Shown here: positions 25,446-35,316 of the stretch, piece by piece
Layout: each line of letters opens with the position of its first letter
Numbering within the stretch: the first letter of the stretch is position 1
Source: an uncultured Acidobacteriota bacterium
GTDB taxonomy: Bacteria; Acidobacteriota; UBA6911
DNA: 64,000 bases
Direction of reading: 5' to 3'
Assembly: GCA_963843575.1 (NCBI GenBank)
Contig: CAWJKZ010000024.1
Coordinates: 352,001-416,000, forward strand
The notes under the pieces: model-generated
What the model was told of the DNA's origin: nothing
What the model saw: the letters and a program-made list of their open reading frames with translations, nothing else
Database searches by the model: none
Made by a program: the position numbers and the translations under genes

Positions 25446-25982
25446 ATGCGCACGATCGTGGTGGGCGGCCATACGCGAGGAGTCGGAAAGACGGCGGTGG
25501 TCTGCGGCATCCTGCGCGCCTTCGCCGGGATGCGCTGGACCGCAGTCAAGGTCACCCCGCACCCGCACGTCGCCGCGGCCGGTCCGGCCGTGGCGATATA
25601 TGAGGAGGCCGACGGGGCTGGTGGAAACGACACGGCGCGTTTTCTGGCGGCGGGCGCGTCCCGCGCGCTGCTGATCCAGGCCGGGGCGGGCGCCGCAGGC
25701 GAGGCGGCTGCAGTCGTAACGAAACTCGCGGAGCAAGGACCGGTGGTGGTGGAAGGAAACAGCCTCGTGTGCCACCTGGCGCAGGAGCTATTCCTGTTCG
25801 TCGTCCGGCCGGAGTGTGGGGAGTGGAAGGAAGCCGCCCGCGGGCTCCTGGAGAGGGCGGACGCCGTGATCGTCAACGGGCCGGGAGGTCCGGACGTCGC
25901 GGGCCGTGTCTTTCGCATGGAGGCGCCAGAAACACTCCCGCCCCAGCTCGTCCGTTTGCTGAAGACGGCCGGTGTTTATTGA
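25446..25982 (+). CDS. small P-loop NTPase (MobB-like hypothetical)
   Basis: GGHTRGVGKT Walker A, DTARFL.AGA, VVEGNS. Confidence 0.7.
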   Translation: MRTIVVGGHTRGVGKTAVVCGILRAFAGMRWTAVKVTPHPHVAAAGPAVAIYEEADGAGGNDTARFLAAGASRALLIQAGAGAAGEAAAVVTKLAEQGPVVVEGNSLVCHLAQELFLFVVRPECGEWKEAARGLLERADAVIVNGPGGPDVAGRVFRMEAPETLPPQLVRLLKTAGVY

Positions 25983-25996
25983 AACAAGAGGGTGAT

Positions 25997-26225
25997 CTGG
26001 AGTGCGGCGCCGAGCCGCCGCACTCCACAATCAACCGCCGGCCCCGCCCGTAAGACAAGTGCGTCCGGGCTTCAGCCCGGACGTTTGTCGCGATGCAGGG
26101 CAGGTGGAACTCTATGGAACGGATTTAAAGACGTCCGGGCTGAAGCCCGGACCCACTTGCTTTACGGGCAGGGCGGGCAGATCAACCGTTGGACAGCCTC
26201 TGGAGCCCGGCCCCACTTGTTTTGG
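25997..26225. repeat. REP/BIME-like mosaic between convergent genes
   Basis: TGGAGTGCGGCGCCGAGCCGCCGCACTCCA plus inverted pair GTCCGGGCTTCAGCCCGGAC / GTCCGGGCTGAAGCCCGGAC. Confidence 0.8.
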
Positions 26226-26248
26226 ACAGATGACGCCGCCGGCGTCCG

Positions 26249-26650
26249 CTATTCCGGGCGGACGTGGGTGCGGACGAAGGATACGATCTCCTCCAGTGAG
26301 CTCCCTGGCGGGAACACCTCGGCGACCCCGAGTTCCTTGAGCCGTGGGATATCCTGATCGGGGATGATCCCGCCGGCGAACACCATGATGTCGTCGAGCT
26401 GATTCTGCCGCCTCAGCTCCATGATGCGGGGGAAGAGGTGCATGTGGGCACCCGACAGGATGGACAGGCCCACGGCATCGACATCCTCCTGCAGGGCGGC
26501 GTCGATGATCTGCTCGGGCGTCTGACGCAGCCCTGTGTAGATCACCTCCATCCCGGCGTCCCGCAGGGCGCGGGCGATCACCTTGGCGCCGCGGTCATGC
26601 CCGTCCAGCCCGGGTTTGGCTACGAGCACTCGGATTCGTCGTTCGGTCAT
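26249..26650 (-). CDS. cobalamin-binding subunit of acyl-CoA mutase
   Basis: [22 protein letters not shown]. Confidence 0.95.
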   Translation of the reverse strand: MTERRIRVLVAKPGLDGHDRGAKVIARALRDAGMEVIYTGLRQTPEQIIDAALQEDVDAVGLSILSGAHMHLFPRIMELRRQNQLDDIMVFAGGIIPDQDIPRLKELGVAEVFPPGSSLEEIVSFVRTHVRPE

Positions 26651-26654
26651 AGTC

Positions 26655-28276
26655 TCAGTCGATCAGGGGTTCCTTGTATTCGCCGAATACAGCCCTCAGA
26701 GTATCGCACATTTCGCCCAGGGTCGCGTAGGATCGCACGCAGTCGAGAACGGCGGGCAGGAGGTTTTCGGAACCCCGGGCTGCGGACTCCAGCAGGCGCA
26801 GGTTTTCCCGGACCCGGGCGTCGTCTCGCTGCGCGCGGACGCGGCGCAGCTTGGCGCACTGCCGCTCGTGGGCCTGGTCGTCGATGACGTGCACGTCGAC
26901 GGGGGCGCATGAGTCGGCGCCGAACCCGTTGACCCCGACTATGATCCTCTCCCCCGGTCCACTTCCTTGGCGTACCGGTAAGACGCGTTCTGGATCTCGC
27001 GCTGGGGGTAGCCCGCCTCGATGGCGGCGACCATACCGCCCAGCGCGTCGATCCGCTCGAAGTACTCCAGGCAGGCTTGCTCCATCTCGTTGGTGAGCGT
27101 CTCGACGAAGTAGGATCCGCCGAGGGGATCGACGGTGGCGGCGGCCCCGCTCTCGCAGGCGATGATCTGCTGCGTGCGCAGCGCAAGCGTCACGGCCTGT
27201 TCGGTCGGCAGCGAGAGCGTCTCGTCGAGGGAGTTGGTGTGCAGTGACTGGGTGCCGCCGAGCACGGCCGCAAGCGCCTGCAGCGCCACGCGCACGACGT
27301 TGTTGTAGGGCTGCTGCGCCGTCAGCGACACGCCCGCCGTCTGGCAGTGGATCCGGCAGAGGAGGGAGCGCGGGTTCCGGGCGTGGAACCGGTCCCGCAT
27401 CACCCGGGCCCAGATCCGGCGCGCGGCGCGCAGCTTGGCGATTTCCTCAAAAAAGTCGTTGTGCACGTCGAAGAAGAAGCTGAGCCGCGGGGCGAAGTCG
27501 TCCACGGCAAGGCCCGCACGCACCGCGTGGTCGACGTACTCGATGCCGTCGCGCAGCGTGAACGCCAGTTCCTGGATGGCGGTCGATCCGGCCTCCCGGA
27601 TGTGATAACCGCTGACCGAGACCGTGTTCCAACGGGGAGCGTGCCGCGTGGCGAACGCGATGATGTCGGTGATGATCCTCATCGAGGGACGGGGGGGGTA
27701 GATGAAGGTCTTCTGGGCGATGTACTCCTTCAGGATGTCGTTCTGGATCGTCCCCGAGAGGTTGCGCCAGTCCACCCCCTGCTTTTCCGCGGTGACCAGG
27801 TACATGCCCCAAAGCATGGCCGCCGGGGCGTTCGTCGTCATCGAGGTGGTCACCTGATCCAGCGGGATTCCCTCGAAGAGGGCCTCCATGTCGGCCAGCG
27901 AATCGATGGCGACGCCGCACCGGCCCACCTCGCCCAGCGAGAGCGGGTGGTCGGAGTCGTAACCGAACAGGGTGGGGTAATCGAAGGCCACCGAAAGCCC
28001 CGTCTGCCCCTGCTGCAGAAGGTACTTGAAGCGGGCGTTGGTGTCCTCGGCTGTCCCGAAGCCGGCGAACTGCCGCATCGTCCAGAGCCGGCCACGGTAC
28101 ATGTTTCGGTGCACACCCCTCGTGTAGGGGAACTCGCCCGGTTCGCCCAGGTTGCGCCCCGGGTCGAACCCGTCGAGATCGCCGGCGCCGTAGAATTCAC
28201 GGATGGGATACCCCGAAACGGTGGTAAACGACCGGTCCGCCCCCGCAGCGGCCGGTTGCTTTTCCCGCACTTTCAC
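26655..28276 (-). CDS. methylmalonyl-CoA mutase large (substrate-binding) subunit, frameshifts near 26950-26895
   Basis: [41 protein letters not shown]. Confidence 0.92.
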
Positions 28277-28486
28277 TATCCCCCTCCCGGCTCGAAATAT
28301 AGCACAGGTATGGAAGTGAGGCGCCTCAGCGCCACGCCGGTTGCGGTCGATCGGCGCCCTGTCGCTGTGTATATTTTGGAGTGCGGCGCCTCGGCGCCGC
28401 TTTAACTTACGTCGGGCTGCCGGAATGCCCGACGCCTTGGCGCCGCGCCCTGTTTGTCGGGCAGCCGCGGAGCCCCAGACGATACG

Positions 28487-28951
28487 TCACTGGGGGGATT
28501 CCAGCCGGCGCGCCTCGCGGAAACAGTCGAGGGCCCTGTCGTTATCCTTGAGTACCTTGTAGAGGTACCCCTTTTCCTTCCAGATGGCCACCCGGCTTTC
28601 CGTGGTCCGGAAGGCCTTCTGGTTATCCTCGAGCAGCTGCAGCCCCGCCTTTGTCTGGCCCCTGCGGGCAAACTGATCCGACAGGAAGAGGAGCTCCTTG
28701 AGCAGGACCGGCTCCTGGTCCGCCGGCCATTGCATCGAAAAGATCTTGCCGGCTTCGACGGCCGCCTGGGCGAAGCTGTTTTTGTTGAGCAGCAGCATCA
28801 CGATCTCGTGCTGGGCCTCGGCGGCGCTGCGCGTTTTTTGCAGGGCCGCCGCATTCTGACCAGGCATGGCTGCGGAGGCGGCCGGCCACAGCACGGCTGC
28901 CAGCGCTGCCGCGAGGAGAGCTGAAGACGGGGGGATAGCGGCGGGTCTCAT
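28487..28951 (-). CDS. secreted TPR-like protein
   Basis: Signal peptide; helical repeat (WKEKGYLY..ALDCFREA). Confidence 0.7.
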   Translation of the reverse strand: MRPAAIPPSSALLAAALAAVLWPAASAAMPGQNAAALQKTRSAAEAQHEIVMLLLNKNSFAQAAVEAGKIFSMQWPADQEPVLLKELLFLSDQFARRGQTKAGLQLLEDNQKAFRTTESRVAIWKEKGYLYKVLKDNDRALDCFREARRLESPQ

Positions 28952-29484
28952 CGCGCCTCCTGGCGGAACGGATTATCGGTCATGGTGGCCCTGATGGTCA
29001 CGAACGGGTTGGTCATGTCGTCGGGTACGTCGGGCGGCATCAGGACTTGCGGCGCCTTTGTTCGCCTCTCCTCCCGCAGCTGCCTGTGCTGGAGATAGTC
29101 GGTCATGTACAGTTCGAGGCCGCGCTGATCGGCCTGGTGTTGCCTGTAGCCCCAGATGCCGACCGCGAGCACCACGGCCGCCGCCAGGGCGGTCACGGCT
29201 GCGAGCCTGCGATATCCCAGAAAAAGCTGCATCCAACCGGGCCTTGCAGCGGGGGATTCGAGGGAGATCCGGGCGCGCACGTGCCCCCAGACCTCCTTGC
29301 GGAGCTCGAGCTCGCGGACCCCCGATTCGAAAACCGCGGCGGATTCCTCGAGGCTGCGGAGCTCCTCCGTGCAGGGTTTGCACCCCTGGACGTGCGCCTG
29401 GATTTGCGAGGCGGCGGATGGAGGGAGCTCGCCGTCCAGGTAAGCGGTCATCTCCTCTTGGCAAAGTCGACAATCCATATTCAC
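28948..29484 (-). CDS. zf-HC2 membrane anti-sigma factor
   Basis: AYLDGEL..HVQGCKPC; one TM helix. Confidence 0.85.
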   Translation of the reverse strand: MNMDCRLCQEEMTAYLDGELPPSAASQIQAHVQGCKPCTEELRSLEESAAVFESGVRELELRKEVWGHVRARISLESPAARPGWMQLFLGYRRLAAVTALAAAVVLAVGIWGYRQHQADQRGLELYMTDYLQHRQLREERRTKAPQVLMPPDVPDDMTNPFVTIRATMTDNPFRQEAR

Positions 29485-30086
29485 ACCTTCAGATAATCTT
29501 TCACCCTTTTCCGCACCTCGAGCCTGGCCCGGTGAATGTCTGTTTTCACGCTGGGCAGGCTCCGGCCGACGATGTCCGAGATCTCCTGGTAGCTGAGGCG
29601 TTGGATGGCAGACAGGACAAAAACCTCACGGTACTTTTCCGGCAGATCCGCTATCACTTCATGCACGACACCCTCCAGTTCCCCCGCCTGGAAGGACTCG
29701 TCCGGGTTCTTTCTGACATCCGCGAGGTGCGTTACAGGCTGCCCCTCGTCGTCGAGCTCGTCGATCGACACCGTGGCCGGAGACCGGCTGCGGTAACGCT
29801 GGTACACGAAGTTGCGCGCGATGCGGAACAGCCAAGGTTCGAATTTCGTATCGTCTTTCAGCGCTCCCAACTTCTGGTAAACCGTTACGAACGTCTCCTG
29901 CGTTAGGTCCTCAGCTTCCTCGACCGAACTGACCATGCGATAGACGAAGTTGAGGACTTTGCGGGCAAATACTCCATAGATCTGCTGGTAGGCCCCGATG
30001 TCCCCTTTCTTGGCCTGCCTGATCCACCGGATCAGGGCGTCGGGGTCAATGGAGACGCTACCAGGGTTCGAGTTTTTTGTCGTCAA
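29481..30086 (-). CDS. ECF sigma factor
   Basis: AEDLTQETF, WLFRIARN, SYQEIS..SVKTDIHRAR. Confidence 0.92.
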   Translation of the reverse strand: MTTKNSNPGSVSIDPDALIRWIRQAKKGDIGAYQQIYGVFARKVLNFVYRMVSSVEEAEDLTQETFVTVYQKLGALKDDTKFEPWLFRIARNFVYQRYRSRSPATVSIDELDDEGQPVTHLADVRKNPDESFQAGELEGVVHEVIADLPEKYREVFVLSAIQRLSYQEISDIVGRSLPSVKTDIHRARLEVRKRVKDYLKV

Positions 30087-30172
30087 ACTGAACTCACTAG
30101 GCTTGATTCCCGGCGATACGGAAAGTTTCGCAATGGTTCAAAAAATCTTCGGGCCCGGAGGACGACTCCATT

Positions 30173-30517
30173 TTACCGGGAACCGGCCGGTTCGGAAGGG
30201 AGATCTTCCGCGATGACCGCGGTGCCGTAGGCCATGATCTCGGCCGTTCCCTGCGTCACGTAGGTCGTCGAGAACCTCAGGCCCACTACCGCGTTGGCGC
30301 CCAGGTTACGGGCCTCCGCCACCATCCGGTCCAGCGCCTGCTCGCGGGACTGGGCGATGACTTCGGTGTATTCGGCCACCTCCCCGCCGACCAGGTTCTT
30401 GAGAAAAGCCATGAGGTCCTCGCCCACGTGGCAGGCACGCACCGTGTTGCCCTTGACGATCCCGAGGGTGCGGGTGATGCGGCGGTCGGCTATGGTTTCG
30501 GTGCTCACCACGATCAT
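30173..30517 (-). CDS. YbjQ/UPF0145 family protein
   Basis: GGEV.EYTE..R.QAL.RM..A..LGANAVVG; AYGTAV. Confidence 0.92.
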   Translation of the reverse strand: MIVVSTETIADRRITRTLGIVKGNTVRACHVGEDLMAFLKNLVGGEVAEYTEVIAQSREQALDRMVAEARNLGANAVVGLRFSTTYVTQGTAEIMAYGTAVIAEDLPSEPAGSR

Positions 30518-30957
30518 CGCTTGATCCTTTCGTATTTGTCGGCTTTCGCCAGAAAAATCCTCTCCCGCAGCACGGAGACCAGCAGCGTGCAGAGCCCGAC
30601 CACCAGGGCCAGCACACCGATCCGCACCACGAGCGGGATCTGGGTCTCGAAAAGCTCGAGAATCAGCGCGTACACCGCATAGGAGGCCAGGAGAATGGAT
30701 CCCAGGGACATCAGGATCCAGCCGACGCGGCGTTCGAGCCGGTTATAAATGTTCGACCAGTATACATCCCAGTATTTCTCGTCCGGCGCGACGACTCTCA
30801 TATTCTGCGTGACCTCCTTGAGCCTCCGGAACTGCGCCAGTTCGGCCGAACAGTCGGCGCAATCCTTCAAGTGCTGTTCGAAACGCTCGGCTTCGGTCTC
30901 GGTCAGCTCCGCGTCGAGGTAACCCATCAGCAGGGTCTTGTATGTGTCTTCGACCAT
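30514..30957 (-). CDS. zf-HC2 anti-sigma factor with two TM helices
   Basis: GYLDAEL..HLKDCADC. Confidence 0.85.
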   Translation of the reverse strand: MVEDTYKTLLMGYLDAELTETEAERFEQHLKDCADCSAELAQFRRLKEVTQNMRVVAPDEKYWDVYWSNIYNRLERRVGWILMSLGSILLASYAVYALILELFETQIPLVVRIGVLALVVGLCTLLVSVLRERIFLAKADKYERIKR

Positions 30958-30961
30958 TGCG

Positions 30962-31537
30962 CTAGTACTTTACCCCCATCCGTTGCAGTTCCCGCCGGAG
31001 CGCGCCCCGGGCACCGTAGAGGCGGGACATCACCGTCCCGATCGGGATGCCCAGGAGATCGGCGATCTGCTGGTAGCTGTAGTCTTGGAAATGCTGCAGG
31101 ATGATGATCTCGCGCTCTTTCGGCTTGAGACGCAGCAGGGCCTGGCCGATCTTCTCCTCCAGGTCCTTGCGCACGATGCTGTCTTCCGGGCTGATCGATT
31201 CGATCGGGATGGCTGGCTGGCCCTCCTCGGCCATCTCGTCGATGGAATCCTCTCGGCGCCGGCGAATCCGGTTGAGATGGTTCATGCATAGGTTCTTCAG
31301 GATGCTGTAGAACCAGGGGAAGAAGCGCTTGGATGAATCGAACCTCTTGATGTGCCGGAAGGCGTTGACGAACGCGTCCTGCGAGAGGTCGAGCGCGTCC
31401 TCCGGCCTCCCGACGTAACCGAGCGCGACATAGTAGGCCGGCCGCATGTATTGCTGCACGATCAGGGCGAAGGCCTCGCGGTCCCCCTTTTTGCAGCGCT
31501 CAATAATCGAACCTTCGTCTTGCTGGCTCTGGTTCAT
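30962..31537 (-). CDS. ECF sigma factor
   Basis: ALDLSQDAF, PWFYSILKN, SYQQIADLLGIPIGTVMSRL. Confidence 0.92.
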   Translation of the reverse strand: MNQSQQDEGSIIERCKKGDREAFALIVQQYMRPAYYVALGYVGRPEDALDLSQDAFVNAFRHIKRFDSSKRFFPWFYSILKNLCMNHLNRIRRRREDSIDEMAEEGQPAIPIESISPEDSIVRKDLEEKIGQALLRLKPKEREIIILQHFQDYSYQQIADLLGIPIGTVMSRLYGARGALRRELQRMGVKY

Positions 31538-31674
31538 CGTCGATGCCGCTATACCGAAGTTGTGCCGGGTTTATTCGTCGAAGTCTAGCAGAATTTAAAT
31601 TTTGGAACACGACCGGTTGCGCCCCGTGTAATCCCGTGTATGGCGTGAAGGAGAGCATACATTTCGGAGGGCAT

Positions 31675-32572
31675 ATGAGAGTGCATCTGTCGTTTCCACG
31701 CTCGGGGCTGGCGTTGGCCGGAGCGGCCCTGATGAGCCTCGGACTGGCCGGCCTGGTGCAGGCCCAATCGACCCGGCCGGGGATCGTCCAGTTCAGCACC
31801 GGCGAGTCTTCCTACCTGGGTATCCAGATGGAAGACGTCACCCCCGCCAGCATGGCGACCTACAAGCTCGGCAGCGAGCGGGGAGTCATCGTGGTCTCCG
31901 TCGAAAAGGGAAGCCCGGCCGAATCGGCCGGGCTGCAGGCGAAAGACGTCGTCCTGGAGTATGCGGGGACGCCTGTCTTCTCGTCGATGCAGATGACGCG
32001 GCTCGTGCGCGAAACGCCCGTCGGCCGCAAGGTCGATATCGTGGTCAGCCGCGACGGCAAGAAGGTCACCCTGACCCCGACCGTCGGCAGACGCGAGGGG
32101 GCGGACAACGTCACTCGGCGCTTCGAGGTCGTGCCGCGCGGCGAGTTCCCCGACCGCGAGCAGCCCGAAAGCCGCGGGTTCATGTTCCGGATGCCCGAAA
32201 TGGACGAGTTCCCCTTCGGCTGGCAGGGGCGTGGCGCCGTTCCCCCGGGACGGCCCCGGCTGGGCGTATCCATGCAGCCTCTCACCGATCAGATGGCGGC
32301 TTTCCTCGGCGTACCCGGAAAAGAAGGGGCGATGATCATCGATGTCACCGAGGGTTCCCCCGCCGCGGGCAGACTCAAGGCCGGCGATGTCATCGTGAAG
32401 GCCGACGGGCGAAAACGTAGGCTCGCCCGACGACTTGAGCCGGATGGTACGGGCCAAGAAGGGCGGTGCCGCCCTCGACCTCCGCGTGATCAGGGACAAA
32501 AAGGAAATCAGCATCCAGATCCAGTTGCCCGCCGACGACTCCAAGCCCAAAACCAATTCCTACCGGCTCTGA
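31675..32572 (+). CDS. secreted tandem-PDZ protein with no protease domain (frameshift near 32420)
   Basis: GGAGG RBS; signal peptide; YLGI..GSPA..AGL..DV and RLGV..GSPA..LKAGDVI. Confidence 0.82.
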
Positions 32573-32655
32573 GACCTTTTACCCTGGGAGCCTTCAGGGT
32601 GCAGCCGACCCGGCGCACCTCGAAGGCTCCGACCGCCGACCCTCCTCTTTTTCTC

Positions 32656-32706
32656 TTGATATTCACCTTTTCATCACCTATGATCTTCAGGTGTAGAAAA
32701 GGTGAA
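32656..32706 (+). promoter_or_regulatory. lexA sigma70 promoter with overlapping candidate operator
   Basis: TTGATA(32656)-17 bp-TATGAT(32679); inverted repeat TTCACCTTTTC...GAAAAGGTGAA. Confidence 0.75.
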
Positions 32707-32711
32707 TCCAG

Positions 32712-33317
32712 ATGAAACTGACAAAGCGCCAGAAAGAAATCCTCGATTTCATCACCGATTTCATCGAACGGGAAGGCTACTCGCCGAGCATGGAGGAGAT
32801 CGCGGCCCACTTCCATTTCGCGTCCCTGAACGCGGTCTTCAAGCACCTGCAGGCGCTCGAGTCCCGCGGCCACCTCAGGCGGGACCCGAACCGGGCGCGC
32901 GCCATCGAGGTCTCTCACGGAGCCTCGGCAGGAGCCCGCACCGTCCCGATGTTCGGCTACATCGCAGCCGGCCGCCCGATCGAAGCCGTGGAAACCCCCG
33001 AGACTGTCTCGATCCCGGAGGATTTCCTGCCGCGGCGCGCATCCTGCTACGTGGTGCGCGTCCAGGGCGAGTCGATGATCGAAGACCACATCCAGGATGG
33101 GGATTACGTGGTGGTCGAATCCCGGGCGGAGGCCAACGACGGCGAGATGGTCGTCGCACTCGTCGACGGGGAGAGCGTCACGCTCAAACGGCTATATCGC
33201 GAGAACGGAAACATAAGGCTGCAGCCTTCAAACACGGCCGTGGCGCCGATCGTCCTGGAAGCTGCGCGCGTCAAGGTGCAGGGCGTCGTGGTAGGGGTTA
33301 TGAGGAAGTACCATTGA
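32712..33317 (+). CDS. lexA: SOS repressor LexA
   Basis: LTKRQKEILDFI..PSMEEI wHTH; AAG cleavage site; GESM Ser and TLK Lys dyad. Confidence 0.96.
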   Translation: MKLTKRQKEILDFITDFIEREGYSPSMEEIAAHFHFASLNAVFKHLQALESRGHLRRDPNRARAIEVSHGASAGARTVPMFGYIAAGRPIEAVETPETVSIPEDFLPRRASCYVVRVQGESMIEDHIQDGDYVVVESRAEANDGEMVVALVDGESVTLKRLYRENGNIRLQPSNTAVAPIVLEAARVKVQGVVVGVMRKYH

Positions 33318-33334
33318 GACCTGGAGGAAAGCAT

Positions 33335-33526
33335 ATGGTCACCAGCCAGATCTACAGGGTCACGATTCGCGGACGCAAACTCGAAAGCAGGAATCTGCGG
33401 GATCTGCTGGCCCGGGCGGTTTCCGAGAAGCGAAGCATCGACCGGAGACTCCGGATCTGCCCGGGCGCCGGGCGGTCTGGTCTCATGACGGGTTCGGCCC
33501 TCTCGGGGACGGCGATGGCGGGCTGA
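33335..33526 (+). CDS. 63-aa basic hypothetical protein
   Basis: GGAGG RBS; fills the gap between lexA and the next gene. Confidence 0.6.
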   Translation: MVTSQIYRVTIRGRKLESRNLRDLLARAVSEKRSIDRRLRICPGAGRSGLMTGSALSGTAMAG

Positions 33527-33539
33527 GCGGAAGGCGCGT

Positions 33540-34295
33540 ATGAACCTCGACCTTAAATCGACATGGCGCCCGGCCCCCCCGGTTCCCGCGCGCATCGACT
33601 GCGGCACATGCCACGGTACGGGCTGGCAACTGCTCCCCGGGCCGGGCGCCGGCTTCGCCCGCCGCTGTCCCTGCCGCGCCCAGTTCAACACGGATCGTCT
33701 GGAAGCGCAGGTCGGTATCCCGCCGCGTTACGCGCATTGCACCCTCGCGAACTTCGAGCCCCGGAATTTCTCGCAGGTGCGCGCCCTGGCCGAGGCGCGC
33801 CGGTTCGCCGAGCGTCACCCGGCCGTCGAGCGGGGCTTGTTCTTCGTCGGCAGCCCCGGGATAGGGAAGACACACCTGGCCGTGGGCATTGTCACCGAAC
33901 TGCTTCAGCGCTTTCAGGACGACATCCTGTTTGTGGATTTCCCCGCCCTGGTGGCTCCTCTTACGGGCCGGGCTGCCAGGTTCGATTGGGCGAGGCTGCG
34001 CCGCGTTTCGCTCCTGCTGCTGGACAACTTCGGCGTGGCCGCACCCGGTGACGACGGCCTCGCGATCACCGAAGAACTAATGCGGGGGCGGAGCGAATCA
34101 AAAAAGACCACCGTGTATACGGGCGAGCGGTTGCGTGCGCGGGAGCTATTCGGGGGCGCAGCCGGCCCCGGCCTTTCCCGCACCCACAATTACCTGCTTT
34201 CGCTGCCACGCCCACTGATCGTGCGATTTCTTTCCGAAACAAGAGTCCTGTCCATGGTGGGGGAAGATTACAGGAGTCAAATCGCACTCCTCTGA
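33540..34295 (+). CDS. DnaC/IstB-like AAA+ ATPase with N-terminal Zn finger
   Basis: CGTCHGTG..CPC; IPPRY..CTL.NF; GSPGIGKTHLA; LLLLDN Walker B. Confidence 0.82.
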   Translation: MNLDLKSTWRPAPPVPARIDCGTCHGTGWQLLPGPGAGFARRCPCRAQFNTDRLEAQVGIPPRYAHCTLANFEPRNFSQVRALAEARRFAERHPAVERGLFFVGSPGIGKTHLAVGIVTELLQRFQDDILFVDFPALVAPLTGRAARFDWARLRRVSLLLLDNFGVAAPGDDGLAITEELMRGRSESKKTTVYTGERLRARELFGGAAGPGLSRTHNYLLSLPRPLIVRFLSETRVLSMVGEDYRSQIALL

Positions 34296-34513
34296 GTCGA
34301 CTGTGGAGGTCGTGACCAGACTCTGCCGGGTCGAAGGCACCCGAAGTGGGTTGCACACGGTTTAAGCAAACAGCTTTCAAGTTATTTGTCTGCTTAATTT
34401 ACCCCTGTCGAAAACCCCGATTTTAGTCGTTTTTCCACACCCTTTGTGAATATCTCGCAAAACCTGAATTCCGTGAACGGGGTGGCGTTTGCCTGCGACA
34501 GGTCGCGTCGGCG

Positions 34514-34542
34514 TTGAAACGCCCGGGCGGGGTGGTTATAAT
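34514..34542 (+). promoter_or_regulatory. sigma70 promoter of the DUF47 gene
   Basis: TTGAAA-17 bp-TATAAT. Confidence 0.7.
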
Positions 34543-34604
34543 CCCGCCGCCTTTACGTAGTCGTGAAGGCGAAGACTCGATGCGCGCGCTGCCCGGAGGA
34601 CGAT

Positions 34605-35226
34605 ATGGCAAAGTTGTTTCGCCAAAGATGAAAAATTCTTCAAGATCTTTGCCCAGATGACGTTTCATATACTCGAGGCGGCCGAGATCCTCGGCACCAT
34701 GCTGGCCGACCCGAAGGGCGACATACAGAGCGCCGCGGTCAAAATCAAGGACCTGGAACACAAGGGGGACGAACTGACCCACAAGGTGATCGAGGAGCTG
34801 AACAAGACGTTCATTACCCCGATCGACCGCGAGGATATCCACGATCTGAGTAAGGCGCTGGACGACGTGCTCGACCTCATCGATACGACGGCGGGGCGCA
34901 TCGTGTTGTTCCAGATCCGGGAACCGATTCGGGAGCTTGGCCGAGATGGCGGCGGTGCTGCTGAGCCAGGTGCGGGAGATCTGCGCCGCGGTGACCAAGC
35001 TGCAGGACAACGACCATGTCGTCGAGCGCTGCATCGAAATTAACAGGCTCGAAAACGACGCGGACCGACTGTTTCCAGTCCGCGATCGGTCACCTGTTCC
35101 AGGACGTCAAGGATCCCGATCGATGTGATCAAGCGCAAGGAGATCATCGAGACGCTCGAGACCGCCACCGACAAGGCCGAAGACGTCGCCAACGTGCTGG
35201 AGACGATCATGGTGAAGAACGCCTGA
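34605..35226 (+). CDS. DUF47 / PhoU-like phosphate transport regulator (frameshifted)
   Basis: EHKGD..TFITPIDRED..LDDV; LENDAD; ETATDKAEDVAN. Confidence 0.88.
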
Positions 35227-35316
35227 CTTCGGCTTCGGGCTTCCGCTTTAGGGCTTTTAAAAAACTCACCTCCTCGAAGGCTCGAAGGCCTCTGAGAATC
35301 TCGAAGGCTTCCGCCT

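Noticed and set aside
33540-34295. IS21 element (istB)
   Set aside because: No istA transposase or terminal repeats adjacent
34380-34455. oriC from DnaA-box-like TTTTCCACA/TGTGAATAT in an AT-rich gap (also 46827-46851)
   Set aside because: Only two boxes per site, no dnaA/dnaN nearby and no clear DUE repeats
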